NCBI GenBank assembly: GCA_010015585.1
Contig: ML975160.1
Origin: Eremomyces bilateralis CBS 781.70
Lineage: Eukaryota
Length of the DNA: 64,000 nucleotides
Direction: 5' to 3' (one strand)
Position numbers and translations under genes: made by a program. Shown here one piece after another: positions 22,909 to 36,900 of this stretch; the stretch's first letter is position 1, and every line of letters starts with the position of its first letter. Under the pieces are notes generated by a model. That model saw nothing but the letters and a program-made list of their open reading frames with translations. It searched no databases and was not told where the DNA came from.

Positions 22909-24480
22909 ACGGGACAGCGCAAAGTAACATTCTAGTGATGGAAATACCGCTGGATTCCCACTGGACTACTTATTCCCATGAACGCGCCAGGCGGAGCCGT
23001 TCGTCCTAAACGAATCCTCGCTCCACCTCGCCTCCACATGCCACACCCTCGAATTCGCTCCCCCGCCATCTCGCACTTCGCTCCCCCCATCGCGACCGAC
23101 CCCCTTGGCGATAGCCACGGCCCCAGGACCCGGTCCCGCCACCAACGGCGCCCGACTACTCTTAGCGAGTGTCCGCGGATGGAAGCCAGTTGAAGGGAGA
23201 GGGGGCAGGGTGGTGGACTATGATAGGAGTACAACCGCGTCGTCCGGCCCCGGGTTCGACGGTGCTGGACGACGAATGAAGCAATGAGGTGCGGATAAGA
23301 TGGTTCGGTTGGGCTAGAGGGGGGATGCTGGGCTGGGGATAGGAGATGTCAGGGTTGGAAGGTAGAGCGCTTGATGCCCGTCCCGCTAAGGACTGTGTAT
23401 GATAACTATATGCGGTATCTACCTACTGTGGATTAGAAGTGCATCACCCCGTCCTAGCGATGAGTAAATCGAACGATCGCTCTCTTAGAAATCCCGAAAT
23501 CTACTATCTCAGCCTTTACATAATTCTGTCTGCTGGAGGAGAGAGGAGGGAGGAGGGAGGTAGCGTACGTAGCCATCAAGGTGCACGCAGGCACCAGAGC
23601 AATGGCGAGATTTCCCACCGAGCATCACATCATCCATTCCCATCCATTCCCATCTATCCCTCCATCCCCATCAAGGTATGGTGCGACGAATTGTTTAAGA
23701 TCTACTCGATAAGACTCACTTTCATCCATCATCCGTTCAAAATTTCAAAATAGGGATTCATTAACTCTCGGTTACTCGAAGTGCTTCCGATATCTTATAC
23801 CCAAACCGCACCACGCGATATCCCCTCCCTCCCAGCATCTCAACCGTCATCATCTCAGTCCGAATAAAAAACCGAATAGACGATTCCGACTACTTCTCCC
23901 TCTGCTCCCCACCTCCACGAGGCGCAAAACGATCGGGAAGGAAATCGGAAAACCAATATTACGCCACCGTCATCCGTCGATTCTATTAACCCACCCCCGC
24001 CCACACACCCACCGCTGCTACCACAGCAAAAACAAAACCAACGCCGCCCGAATCCAAGCAAGCAAGCAACCCAGCAGAAAAGCATGAACGCATACGCGTA
24101 GTGGACGACCGCGATGGCGGCGTCGAAATCCGATCCGGAGAAACCGATCGACCGGGCGTGGAAAGCCGAACGATCGAGAGGCGCAAAAACGGGACCGAGA
24201 ATCCTCGCAGGCAAGAAAAGCAGAAACGCCGGAAAATGTCGGGGAATCTCCGAGTCCGATGACGGATTTCTATTAATCGTGATTGGAAAGAAAAGGGATA
24301 GAGGGGACCGCGGTCGATGTATGGTAGGTCCTCCGATGAAATATCGGTCGTCCTCAAGATTCGAGATTCGATGGTCGAGGGGGTGAAAAAAGGTAAAGTC
24401 TATTCGTGCGAAGTCCAGTAACTTCACGGGTATCGTCGCATCGTGATCGACGTCATTCCGTTCGGGAGCTCGGGGCGTCC

Positions 24481-25557
24481 TCAAAACGTACTCCAACTCC
24501 ACTCCCGCCCAAAACTCTGACTCAAGCTCCCAAACCGCCCCTCTGGCTTCGCCCCGCCGATCTTCACGCCGGGCGGTTTCCCTTCGCCCTGTGTCGCTCC
24601 AAGATCCGCAATCCCATCCTCTCCCTCCGCGCTAACGCTGTCGTTCTCCTCGCTTCCCACCTCACTCCCCACTCGACTCCGCTCCGCCTCCCACACGCAG
24701 TACTCTCGCCAGCAGTCCTCGCAGGCGCGGTACGCAGGTGCGCGCGGATGGAAGCGGGCGCGGTGGTCGAGCGGAACGGCGAAGGGGGAGTGGGCGGCGC
24801 AGAAGAGGTGGCCGCAGCGGCGGCAGTGGTGGCGGCGGGTGAAGAGGGAGAAGGCGGTGGTGCAGGTGGGGTGGGAGCAGGTGGGGGAGGAGAGGTCGGG
24901 CTGTGAGGTGGTTAGCTTAGATGCTGAGGGAGAGGGGGGGATGTGGCGTACCTTCCAGTGATCTCGGGTGGGGGGGCCGGTTACGGTGCCGAGCGTCTCT
25001 TCGAATTCGTCGTCAACTGGGCGGCTGAGATGGCTCTCGAGACTCCCGCCGGTATCTCTCCGTTCCCTCCACTGCCGTGCCTCCGCTCCCGCACCACGCA
25101 GGAACGGAAACATCGACCTTGCGGACTCTGGCGACGACGCGCCCGCGCTCTTCGGCGGGCTGCCGTCGCTGCTGTTCCCGTCTTTCGGCGGCGAGTGGCG
25201 GACGGGGCGCTCGGTCGGGCGGAGGACGGCGGGGACGTAGAGGGGGGATTTGAGCTGGCGGCCTTTGCGGAGGGGGAGCTGGAGGTGCGGTGGTGGTGGG
25301 GGGTGTTGGGTGGAAGGGGGGAGGGTGGTCATGGGTGCGGAGTGGCTGTGGTGGTGGTGCGCGGGTGCGGAGGTCGGAGGGTGAGGCACCTTGCCAGGAG
25401 GGGGTTGCGGGTGTGGATGGGCGGATGGTTGAAAGGGGGGTTGTTGTTGGTTGACGGGCGCGCGGGGGTTGTAATAGACGCCGGTGTCGTAGGCATTATG
25501 GAAGTTATCCGGACTATGGGTCGCGGCCGTGACGATGGAGGGCGCGATGGTCGCCAT
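24481..25557 (-). CDS. FYVE zinc-finger protein (in-frame 51-bp intron 24901-24951)
   Basis: Splicing yields HWK|PD. Motifs CSHPTC, RRHHCRRCGHLFC and RACEDC; YVPAVLRPT upstream; C-terminal WSWSTF. Confidence 0.9.
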   Translation of the reverse strand: MATIAPSIVTAATHSPDNFHNAYDTGVYYNPRAPVNQQQPPFQPSAHPHPQPPPGKVPHPPTSAPAHHHHSHSAPMTTLPPSTQHPPPPPHLQLPLRKGRQLKSPLYVPAVLRPTERPVRHSPPKDGNSSDGSPPKSAGASSPESARSMFPFLRGAGAEARQWRERRDTGGSLESHLSRPVDDEFEETLGTVTGPPTRDHWKVRHIPPSPSASKLTTSQPDLSSPTCSHPTCTTAFSLFTRRHHCRRCGHLFCAAHSPFAVPLDHRARFHPRAPAYRACEDCWREYCVWEAERSRVGSEVGSEENDSVSAEGEDGIADLGATQGEGKPPGVKIGGAKPEGRFGSLSQSFGREWSWSTF

Positions 25558-28500
25558 TGATAGGTGGAGCCGATCGGATGATTGGGAGGGATGGAAATGA
25601 TGTCGGATGATGGGAGGGATGGAGAATTGGGGGGTTGGGGTGATGGGATTATTAGATATGCATCGAGTGAGGATTGGGGAGAAAGAGGTGAGTGTTTGGG
25701 TGCTTGGGTGTTTGCGATCTCACGATAAGTGATTTGGCGGTGGGAGGTGGAGGAAAGGTGGTGGTGAGTCGAGTATTGGGTAGGAGATGAGGTAGAGTGG
25801 TAGATGTAATATCGTCGGATAAGATCACAACACACAGATTGATCCCTTCTCCCTTCACCGAACCAAAGGGGGAATGAAAGGTGTATGGAGTATGGAGGAT
25901 GGGGGTGTTTAGTTAAGTGACAAGTGACAGTTGAAGTGAAGGCGACGATAGACGCAGGAGCGGCCAGGCCCAGCCTTTTAGTTCGCGGTTTATTCGCGGA
26001 TTCTTCGCCGCTTAGGGGATTCCTGCACACGATACAATGCCGTTTAGTTGCTACTAGACTCCCTACCCTGAACCCATACCCTGAAGCATCGGGGGCTTCT
26101 CGCAGATCGACGGTGATGGTCGGCGAGAATGAACTAGGGAGCCCCTGCGGTGATGTTCCATGCCTCCATCTATCATGATAGATCTACGGGAGACGCGGCA
26201 TCGTATCGTCGTACTTTCAGTCGTTTGGATTGGCTATAGAGACACACTGGATAGCATAAACCGGTACGTGATAGTCAGTAATATATTTTACATGTTCATC
26301 TCCATCTCCGACTCCATTTCCATCCTCGTCAACATCGGAATTGATCATGACGATGCATCTCCAGTTCTGCCAGTCGCACCTGCCAATCCCGAAATCCAAT
26401 ACCTCCAGCGAGCGAATGGGAGAATCGGCGAATAAGCGGTGGCAAGCGGCTCGCCAGGATACTAGGGATCCTTGCATTAGCGTCCCCTGGATTGCTACTA
26501 CTCTTATCGCTGAATTTCCATTGGCTCTCTTCCTCCCTGTCCATCCCACCCCCTTCCACTCACAACCACCACCCGTTTTTCCTGGTGGATTCCTTCGTGC
26601 AACGTTGAACGCCTTAAACCTTCAACGCTCCCGTCGTTGCATCCCTCTTCCGATCGAGTTGATAGATGTGTCGATGATGCGGAGATGCGGCATTGAGCGG
26701 GAGTCTTTTCCGGTGGTTGATGGCTAGATGTTTTTGACTTTTGGTATTCCGTATTCGGGCCGTTCGACGCTCGGACAGGCTCCCTCGTGGAGAGGCGACC
26801 CCATCCCCAATCGAAACCGGAGCCGCTCCATGCGAACTGGAAATCAAGCCCTTTGCAGATTCAAGATTCTCCCCAACTCCCTTGCCCCAACTCCCAAGTG
26901 ACGACGGCAGAAATAATGCAAACTGCAGAGTGCAGAGTGCAGTACTATGTATTATTAGCGCAATTTCCGAAAGGCCAAACCCACGCCTCAACGCCCACTA
27001 GCGAGAGATCCCGACCCTCCCGTCGTCCCACTAAGTTCAAGATTTACCTAATGCACTTCCCATTCGTTCCTCCGTTCGGCCAGATTCTCGTGAGACGGAT
27101 ATTCGGGATCGTGGCACAGACGGTTTGCGATTCCCACGTGGATCCACGTGACCGGTCTCGGTCTATGCCGGCTGGTCACTGCGTCTTTCCTGTTTTGCTG
27201 GGGCTTGGAGGTTGGCCTGGTCAGGCTTGGCTCCAATAGTGGGCGGCCTGGATCGGATTACTGGCTTGTGTCAGTGGCGGTGCTGACTGAGAGGAGAGAC
27301 GGGAGTCCAGACCGGAGGCCAGTCCGGCGGCATGCTGGGGGGCCATTGCGGCGAGGCAAAACTAGAGTTGAACGCGAAGGCAATTGGAGAGGACATGCTA
27401 GATAAACCGATTTTAACCATCCCAATGATATGGACTCTTTTGCGACTCTTGCTCGGCAAAGACAATCTATCTTCGATCTTTCAATCATTGAACGCGATTA
27501 TCCCGAGTCGACGCGACTCCGATTGCCCTCCATCAGAGCCTGTTTCGCCGAGGTCCCATTCCAGGCCATCCTCTTATTAATCGATCGTTGTCAGCTTGTC
27601 TGGATTCACTATCAATCTCATCTATATCGATAAACAGGCCTTCGGGCTCGCAGGGGCAATCAAGGGAGGCCTGATTCCTGGTCCCTTTTTCGCAACGTGG
27701 AAGTGGACATGGTCTCTCGTCTCCACACCAGCATCGATGCCGCAGTTGTGGTGTGAATACGAATCTAGACGTCTGATGTCAGACTCGTTAATTAAGTTGT
27801 TGCGCGTCGGGTGGCACTTCTTAGTCAACCGCTCCGATGATGGATTCCATAATCAATAGCATATCTATATCCTAACCCATTCCCCCCTCCATTTCTCTAC
27901 AAGTACATCCATCTCGTGTGCATAACCCGGACGACGTCAGCGTATCATATCTAACCATGGCCGACATCCGACTCCGAATGAGACATTCAGCATGTGAATT
28001 CGCCAAGACGCTTAACCCGACCATCGAATCTACCAGCCTTTCAATCTCGAGCACGGGCCGGCTAGCCATCGGCTTCAGTCCCTAATATTATTTCCATTTA
28101 TTAAGTTTATGTTCACGCTTAGGTTCATTTTGCAGAGTACCACGTGTAGAATGGAATCATACTACTATCTCCAGAGTCGAGCCCGATGGAATGGAACGCT
28201 GGCGATGGGGGGTCCAGGAGGGGAATTTCGAGGTTTGTAGGGTTGGGGAACTGCAGCCTTGAAGCCCCAGGTATTTTTTCCTATTCACACTTCACACGTG
28301 TCTTAGTCGCGTTCAACCAATCCGAGTCGAGTTCATCTTGACTTCATGAGCGCAAGTTGTCTTGACTCTTTGACTTGATGAATTTCCTTAAAAAGCTCAT
28401 TCATTCGAATGCAGTAATGAGTAACTGCTCTTTAAGTTTAAACCCGAAGAAGAAACTTTACCATTCTCAGCCCATCTCCGCTCCAACCAACCGTCCAACA

Positions 28501-28955
28501 CAAGCAACCCCCCTCCTCCGCCGATCGGAATTCCCCAGATCCGCACCTCCGCTCATGTCAGCAGCATCCGAGCGTCCTGTGGAGGAGGATTCTGGATTCA
28601 GGATCACAAGCATTTGCATCCACCAGACATACCGACGTCGCCTGATCCTCCTCTGAACCTAGGCAATCTCCTCCCCAGCATATTAAATTCCGTCGTCTCC
28701 CCCCCATCTGCGTCTCCTTCGATTCCATTTGGCGCGTTTGGATTTATCTCTGATTCAATTGATTTTGCGTGTCTCCCCTCGCTAGCTATCGACTCGGGAA
28801 ACGCCGTCGTCTGAGCTCCTGTCTCTATCCGGCCCTGGTCTCCGCATTCGAAGCTCTATTTGCGCTTTCTGTTGATATCCACCACGCTGATATATCTAAC
28901 ATCTGCACCCAAAGTTAATCCCCCTCCTATCCCCGTAGTCGTATCCCCCACAGCC

Positions 28956-31511
28956 ATGTCTCCCACCCCCTCCCCCCCCTCCCCGCCGACCCCTTCACCA
29001 AAGACCAATGGACCACCCTCCTCGCCCTCGGCGACACCATCGTCGCCTCCCTCGAGCCCGCCTCGCCCGCCAACGCAGCCTCCACCACCGTGCTCCCCAT
29101 CCCGCAGGACGAATACAGCGCGTCTGTGGCGACGGCGAAGCGGTTCGCGGCGGCGGACGCGGACCCAAAAAATATTGAGGCGTGGATGCGGGAGAAGCCG
29201 TCAGAGAATGAGGAGTTGAAACTACAGCTGTGGAGGTTTTTGGGGAGTTATACGCCGGAGGATTTGAGGAAGCAATTTAAGTTGGTGTTGACATTGTTGA
29301 AGTATGGTAGCCCCTATCGATCTCCTCAGCCCTTGCCCTGGAACAGGCCCTTGGATGGAGTGTGCAGATTCCAGCCTTGAAACTGCGCGACTTGACGGTT
29401 TCCATATTTTTTCCATGGCTGAGTACTAATATCCTAAAGCTACCGTGCCGGCACCCTCGTCCTGGGTGGCTACGCCACCTCCTTCGCCGACCTCCCCCTC
29501 TCTTCCCGCCACGCCATCCTCCTCTCCTGGCAGAAATCCCGGATCCCCATGCTACGCCAGCTCCTGAAGAGCATGAGTATGATCTTCAAGCAGCTTGCGG
29601 CCAAGACGTCGCCCTCCCTCTACAACCTCATCGGATTCCCACGCATCCCGGTCCACGGCGAGCCGGTCCCCGGGTTCGATTTCAAGTTCATGCAGTTTCC
29701 GCCAGTCACAGGGGTGTATGTGGGAAAAGGGCCGGCGCCGGAGCCCGAGGAGGTTTTGGAGACGGATGTGGTGGTCGTGGGGAGTGGATGCGGTGGAGGT
29801 GTGTCGGCGAAGAATATTGCGGAAATGGGGTTGAGGGTTATCGTCACGGAGAAGTGGTACCATTGGCCGTCTGAGCATATGCCGATGAATGAGACCGATG
29901 GGATGGTCCATATGTTTATGGACGGAGGTGGCATCGTTGGTAAGTCCCTCTCAATTCCATCCGCTACTCCTGCTGACCTATCCAGCCGACGACTCCGATC
30001 TCATTGTCCTTGCTGGTGCCACGTGGGGTGGAGGCGGCACCATCAACTGGTCCGCCTCTCTCCAAACCCAAGGCTACGTCCGCAAAGAATGGGCCGAGAA
30101 AGATAAACTCCCCTTCTTCACCAGCGCCGCCTTCCAAACCTCCCTCGACCGCATCTGCGAGCGCATGGGCGTCTCCGACAAATTCATCGAGCACAACCAC
30201 GCCAACCGCGCCGTCCTCGACGGCGCCCGCAAACTCGGCTGGGCACACAAACCCGTCCCACAGAACACTGCCGGCAAGCAACACTACTGCGGCTACTGCA
30301 CTCTCGGCTGTGGCGCTTGCGTGAAGCAAGGCCCTGCTAACTCCTTCCTCCCGGACGCCGCCAACGCCGGCGCGCAGTTCATCGAGGGCTTCGACGCGCG
30401 GGAGATCGTATTCGAGAAGGCGCTCAAAAACGGCAAGCGCGTCGTGTCGGGCGTGCGCGGCGTGTGGACCTCACGCGACGAGAACGGCGGCGTCGCTGGC
30501 GCCCAGCGCACTGTCCGCAAGGTGTTCATCAAGGCGAAGCGCGTCATCGTCTCCGCCGGCACCATGCAGTCGCCGCTGCTCCTCCTCCGCTCCGGGCTGA
30601 AGAACAAGAACATCGGGCGCCACCTCAAAGCGCACCCGGTCAATGTCGTCGGGTTGATTTACGACCAGGAAACCCGCCCGTGGGAAGGTGGGATCCTCAC
30701 CTCGGTGGTCAACGAGTTCGAGAACCTCGACGGGCACGGCCACGGCGCGAAGATCGAAACCGCCGTCATGCTCCCGTCCACGTTCCTTACCTTCCCCGTG
30801 TGGCGCGACGCTGTCGACTGGAAGCGCCTCGCCACCAAAACCCGCCACGCCGCCTCCATGTTCGCCATGGCGCGCGACATCGGCGAGGGCTATGTGTATC
30901 CCGACCCCGTCGACGGCCGCACCCGCTTCCACTACCACGTCCACCCCCGCGACCGTGCCCACATCCTCGAAGGCCTCTGCGGCATCATCAAACTCGCCTA
31001 CATCACTGGCGCCCGCGAAATCATCCCCGGCATCCCCAGCATCCCCCCCTTCGTCCGCGCCGGGCCCATCCCCGCCTCCTCATCCTCCTCAACGTACAAC
31101 AACCCGTATCCCGCGCCCCGCGACCCCGCGCACCCGCCGCCGCCGGCGCATCCGGAATCCGACTACCCACACGCCCCCTCGACGCTCGACGACGCCGGCG
31201 TCAACGACCCCGCGCTGCTCGCGTACCTCGCGCTCATCCGCAAGACGGGGCTGTCGTACCCCGACGTGCAGTTCGTGAGCGCGCATCAGATGGGGACGTG
31301 CCGCATGGGGGCGTCGCCGAACGTGAGCGTAGTGGATCCGACAGGGGCAGTGTGGGGCACCGACGGGGTGTATGTGGCGGACGCGAGCGTGTTTCCAAGC
31401 GCGAGCGGGGTGAATCCAATGGTGACGAATATGGCGATTAGTGATTGGGTGAGTCGGGGAGTGGGGAGGGGTTTGGGGGGGGTGGAAAGGAGGGGGCAGG
31501 CGAAGTTGTAG
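28956..31511 (+). CDS. Long-chain fatty alcohol oxidase/dehydrogenase (GMC oxidoreductase, FAO1-like), multi-exon; 5' end uncertain
   Basis: DQWTTLLALGDTI, DVVVVGSGCGGGV (FAD binding), GATWGGGGTINWSA, CGYCTLGC, SAHQMGTCRMG and SASGVNPM. PTS1-like C-terminus AKL. Introns near 29302-29439 and 29940-29985. Confidence 0.9.
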
Positions 31512-32138
31512 GGGGTGGGAGGATAATGGGGTTGGATAGCTTGCTTGGCGATTGAGCCTTGGATATATATGAACAGCTAATATGAAGCCTTTTCTGGATT
31601 ATGGACGTCCAAACTTCGGCATTTCATGCTGCTCTCCTTCAGGTCGCAAAATAGGGGCTTTTGGTCACGTGAATTATGCCCCAGCTTCACCCCTTTCTCG
31701 AATCACCTTCGACGTTCGACTTTCATCATCCCAACCTATGCCTATCAAGACAGTAATGCCATCTGGTACCCATTATCCTCATCGCCGATCCAGTATGGAG
31801 GCCCAATACCGAGTAATCTCACCCCGTTCAACACGCGTCTCATTGGTTACCAGCCTATTTCAGTTCATATAGATTTTCCATTAAGCGGACATTTGTTCGC
31901 CCTGTACTACCCCGCAACATATCAAGATATTAATTTCCGCTTGGCGCAATGAGTTCTTATATGCGGGCCTCAGTTATACAATGTCAATCAATGCGTCTTT
32001 TCGAATGGTTGTAAATTTTTGAATTACTGACATCATTTTTTGGGTCCTTCAGAAAGTCATAAAGATGCAGGAGAGCACCACAATCCTCACCACGCAAGTC
32101 TATACTCCCAGTCACCAACCTCATCTCTCACCACAACA

Positions 32139-33134
32139 ATGATCCTTCACCTCCAACTCCTCGCCCTTCTCCTCTTCTCCCGCTCCCACGCCCAACCCGG
32201 CGACGACCCCCTCTCCTGCTACCGCACCCTCGTCCCCCTTCCCTCTCCCCTCCAAGAACACACCGTCGTTGCCCTCCCCCCCTCCATCTACCTCCTCGGC
32301 GGCATCGACGGCCCCTCCATCAAATCCGCCGTTCACCGCTACTCCACCCCCACCAATACCTGGTCTCTCGCCCCTCCACTCCCCATCCCCCTCCACCACC
32401 CCAACGCCATCGTCACCAACTCCTCTATCTACCTCTTCGGCGGCATCCTCGACCTCTTCCGCTGGGCCGCCTCCGCCTCATCTTGGAAATACACCCCGTC
32501 CGACCCCTCCCCCTCCTGGCAAAAGCTCGCCGACTTCCCCAACCCCCGCGGCAGCTGCGTCGTTGGCGTACACAACGGGAAGATCTGGGCTGTCGGCGGC
32601 CTGGGCCCCGCACAGCTGGGCGGCGGCCGCGCGGCGTCGACGATGGTCTCGAGCTATGATATCGCAGAGGATACGTGGACGACGCACGCGGAGCTGGCGC
32701 TGCCGGAGGGGAGGGACCATGCCGGGGGCGGAGTGGTGGGGGACACGCTGTATGTGGTGGGCGGACGGGTGGGGACGATCGCGTCGGTGCGGGACACGGT
32801 GTATGCGCTTGATTTAGGGGGGTTGCCGGGGGCGCGGTGGGTGGAGAAGCGGAAGATGGGGGTGGCCAGGGGGGGGATCGCGGCGGCGGTGGTGGAGGGG
32901 AAGATATTTGCGTTTGGGGGGGAGGGGAACGTGGAGAGTGAGAAGGGGGTGTTTGGGGAGGTGGAGGTGTATGATACGGTGGGGGATACGTGGGTGGAGG
33001 GGGAGGCGATGAGGGTTCCTAGGCATGGATTTGGGGCGGCGGTGATTGGGGAGTCGGTTTATTTGCCAGGGGGTGGGGGGACAGAGAATGGGCCGGAACC
33101 GTTGACTGTGAATGAGCGGTATGGGCCTTGTTGA
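32139..33134 (+). CDS. Secreted Kelch-repeat beta-propeller protein
   Basis: Signal-like MILHLQLLALLLFSRSHA. Repeated IY(L/V)xGG...Y...W Kelch units. Confidence 0.85.
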   Translation: MILHLQLLALLLFSRSHAQPGDDPLSCYRTLVPLPSPLQEHTVVALPPSIYLLGGIDGPSIKSAVHRYSTPTNTWSLAPPLPIPLHHPNAIVTNSSIYLFGGILDLFRWAASASSWKYTPSDPSPSWQKLADFPNPRGSCVVGVHNGKIWAVGGLGPAQLGGGRAASTMVSSYDIAEDTWTTHAELALPEGRDHAGGGVVGDTLYVVGGRVGTIASVRDTVYALDLGGLPGARWVEKRKMGVARGGIAAAVVEGKIFAFGGEGNVESEKGVFGEVEVYDTVGDTWVEGEAMRVPRHGFGAAVIGESVYLPGGGGTENGPEPLTVNERYGPC

Positions 33135-33935
33135 TGGTGATGCGGTGCGCTTGGGGTGAGCTGGGGAATTTATATATGGACGAAAGTGCTACGCTATGAT
33201 ACAATACCATAGTACGATAACTTGATTGGAGACCTCACACTATCATGAGGTTGGTTGGTCTTTATGCCAGATTCTCTGAGCTGACGGGTTTTACCCATTT
33301 TACTGATCTTCTTCCGTGTCTCACAAACTATAGGAAACATACAAAATATTAATATAGCATCACTCTTCTAGAGAATATGGATGCTTAAGCACCATGTCAT
33401 TGGCGGATCATATTCAATGATGAAAACAGAGATTGGGAAATCCCGTCCGGAGTAAGTTGGTATTATGTCACAGGAAAACCTGTGCTCTTTTCAGGTGTTT
33501 CAACAAGATCTACCTACTATCCCCTGCCAAAATCCGGAGATTTTTCATTTGACATGCGCGTTTTATAATTATATGAGGTCGAAGTAGGCAAGCCGAGCGG
33601 ATGAGGCCGGAAATCTTTGGATAGCTTGTGTAACCTCTGTGCTGTCAACAGTTATGGATACACAGTAAGACAGTATCCGTAGTTACAAGGATACAGTTCA
33701 AACCTCTCCCAATTCGGCCACCGCTTCTCATTGAGTCAGACGCTAAAAGGTGTAGTTAACCAGTCGCACGTGTGGAAAGATGCAGGGACAAATGGTTCAA
33801 TTCATGTGGATTTGACATCATTGAGGCGACCAGACATAAGCCCCGTTAAATATTAACGAGGCAGTAGGGTGATTTCCACTGGTGTGAGCATCTTTCTTTC
33901 CATATACTGCGAGGTTTCCCGGCAGCATATCGACA

Positions 33936-36900
33936 ATGATGCCGATTCAGCTCGTTATTGCAAGCATTTCCTTTTCACTTGTGGCTCTTTTTATAGCGAT
34001 ACCTTTCGTCCGTAGATTCGTCCGACCATTTGTCAAATCAGAACGTTCCAAAGCTAGCATTACTTCGGACTATGAAGATGCCGATGGCAAAGCTACCGCC
34101 GAATCCATTAAACGGTATTCAACGGTTTTACAACACATCATACTGGGAATTACTGTTACTATACTGGTTGCAGTCTCTCTTGCGAAGGCCATAACCGCCA
34201 CTTTGAATGCGAGTATAAACTCTTTCCTGGTGGCAGAATGGCTCACATTTGGCATCTCGATCCTCCTTCTTATTGGATTCTGCAATATCGTCTTCGAGAG
34301 ACATCCCGTGGTACGCTTCAACCATGCAGCAGTTGAGGCAATTGCGTTCGTCGTGCTCTTCGCAATCGATATATTCAACATCTATGGGACCTTTGTTCTA
34401 GATACCTCGAAACGTCATGAAGGCCCCGACAAGCTCTCTACTGTGGTGGTGTGGACATACACTGCGGTGCATCTCCTCGGCATATTCGCCTGCATCACCT
34501 ATCCAAGGCGCCCACATGTCTATCGAGATGGACACACCGTCGATGAGCAATGGACAGTTTCGATTCTCTATCGAATTACCCACTCGTGGTCCGAGTCCGT
34601 CCTTCGGCTACCGGCGGAGGGTAAACGACTCTCCTTCGACATATTACCAGTGTTGGATCATCACACGCGGGCACGAGATCTCTATGACGCATTTTACCAA
34701 ATCAAGGATAGCAAGTCTCTTGCCATGCATCTAATTAGGTCGCATTCCGTCGCGTTCTCTCTACAATACGCCTATACCTTGCTCGACGCTCTTCTCATGT
34801 TTTCACCACAGTACGCTTTGTATAGATTGATAAAAACACTAGAGAAGAGAGAAGCTGGGATAAACTCTACCAAGGAAGCGACTTTCTGGGCCGCCATGCT
34901 TGGCTTGTTTGCGATTGTAGCCAATGTTGTGAATATCCAACTGTGGTTCATCTCCTTTAATCGACTAAATACGCCAATCCGGGCCCAAATCATTGCACTA
35001 GTGTTCGGCAAGTCGCTGAGGAAAAGGGACATCAAATCAACTGGTGCAAAAAACACAGATGCAGAGAGCGACGACGATACAAAAGAAATGGGCGCGAAAG
35101 AAGAGAAGGTTATGGCCAGCAGACAATCCGTCATCAATTTGGTTGGCGTCGATGTTTCCCGTATCGCCGACTTCGCATCGCTCAACTTGTTTTTTCCAGG
35201 CACCATCTTTCGTTTGGCCATATCATTCTATTTCCTCCTATCGTTAATCGGGTGGCAGGCGCTTCTTGCGGGCTTGGTGGCCTTGGTCTTACTCTCGCCA
35301 TTGAATGCATACACCGCAAAGAAATACGCCGATGCTCAGGGCCAGCTGATGACCCATCGAGACCGAAAGGTTGCGATCGTCAATGAAGCCTTGAACGGGA
35401 TCAGGCAAATCAAGTTCTCGGCCACTGAAGGGCAGTGGTACCGCAGAATCCGAGAATCAAGAGAAAGCGAACTGCGTGCACAATGGAGCGTGTTTGTGTT
35501 TCATTGTCTCCTGAATTTCTGTTGGATCATGGGCCCAGTACTACTCTCGGCAGCGTCGATTTCAGTATACGCACTGCAACATGACAGTCTCCCGCCCTCG
35601 GTTGCTTTTACATCCATTTCGATTATGTCTAGCATCGAAATATCGCTTGCGGTCATCCCAGAGATGATCACGCACCTTCTGGACTGCGTTGTCAGTCTGA
35701 AGCGGCTTAGTGAATACCTGGAATCCGCGGAAAAGAGAGACGTTGCAATCCCAGGCGACTCGATCGAGATGAGGGGTGCGACAATTACCTGGCCTGCGGA
35801 TGAAGTCGACCCAAATACGTTCAGCCTAAAAGATGTGTCACTAAAGTTCCCGAACGAACAGCTCTCTGTTATATCTGGACCAACCGGTTCCGGAAAGAGC
35901 CTGATGCTCACAGCCATACAAGGAGAGGCCGAGGTGCTTAAGGGCAATCTAGTTCTCCCACCCCGCCTCCCTTATTACGAAAGATTCGACCAGAAAGCAA
36001 ATAAGAGCAATTGGATACTACCGAACTCTATGGCATTTGTTAGTCAAGAAGCATGGCTAGAGAACATGTCTTTCCGAGACAATGTGCTATTTGGACTCCC
36101 CTTCGACGAGCAAAGGTATAACAAAGTAGTGAAATCTTGTGCTCTCGAGAAGGATATTTCCTTCTTAATTGACGGCGACCAGACTGAGATTGGAAGCTCT
36201 GGAATCAATCTTTCGGGAGGTCAAAAGTGGCGTCTCAGCTTAGCTAGAGCGCTGTATTCCCGTGCCGGCATCCTTCTCCTCGACGATATCTTCGCAGCGG
36301 TTGACGCTACCACCGGAAGATACTTGCTTAATGAAGCACTCACTGGGGAGCTGGTGCAAGGAAGAACTAGGATCCTTGCGACTCATCATGTGTCAATACT
36401 TCATGGCAAGATGGCGTATGAAGTTGTTCTTGGGGACGGAATAATCAAGCGACATGGTGCAACTCCTGTGGTGTCCGACACTGAGACTCCACTCGATACT
36501 CATAGCAACGAATTCATTGACGAACCTTACCCCGATAACGCTGGGAAGCTTGGAGGCCAACGGAAGGAGAGCGTCGTGGACCATGATCTGATACTAGTCA
36601 AGAGCCACCAGTCAGAACTTCCGGATGATCCTCATAATCTAGTGGACTTGGATGCCGCGCCGCGGAAGTTCGTTGAAGAAGAGATGCGTGAAGTTGGGCA
36701 CGTCAAATGGCGGGTGTATCTCACATACTTGCGCGCAAATGGGGGGTTCTGGTTCTGGACACTACTCCTCAGTACATTTATTTTCTTTGAAGTCATGCTG
36801 CTTACACGGGTAAGTCTTTTGACCAAGTACTATTCAGATCCATCACTAACTACCATATTAATAGTCCTGGATCCTCCGTCTCTGGACCAAAAGCGCAGCA

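Noticed and set aside
25600..28800. Many short ORFs in the 3.3-kb FYVE/FAO1 intergenic region
   Set aside because: I could find no domain motifs, codon bias or consistent splice pattern; treated as UTR and promoter sequence.
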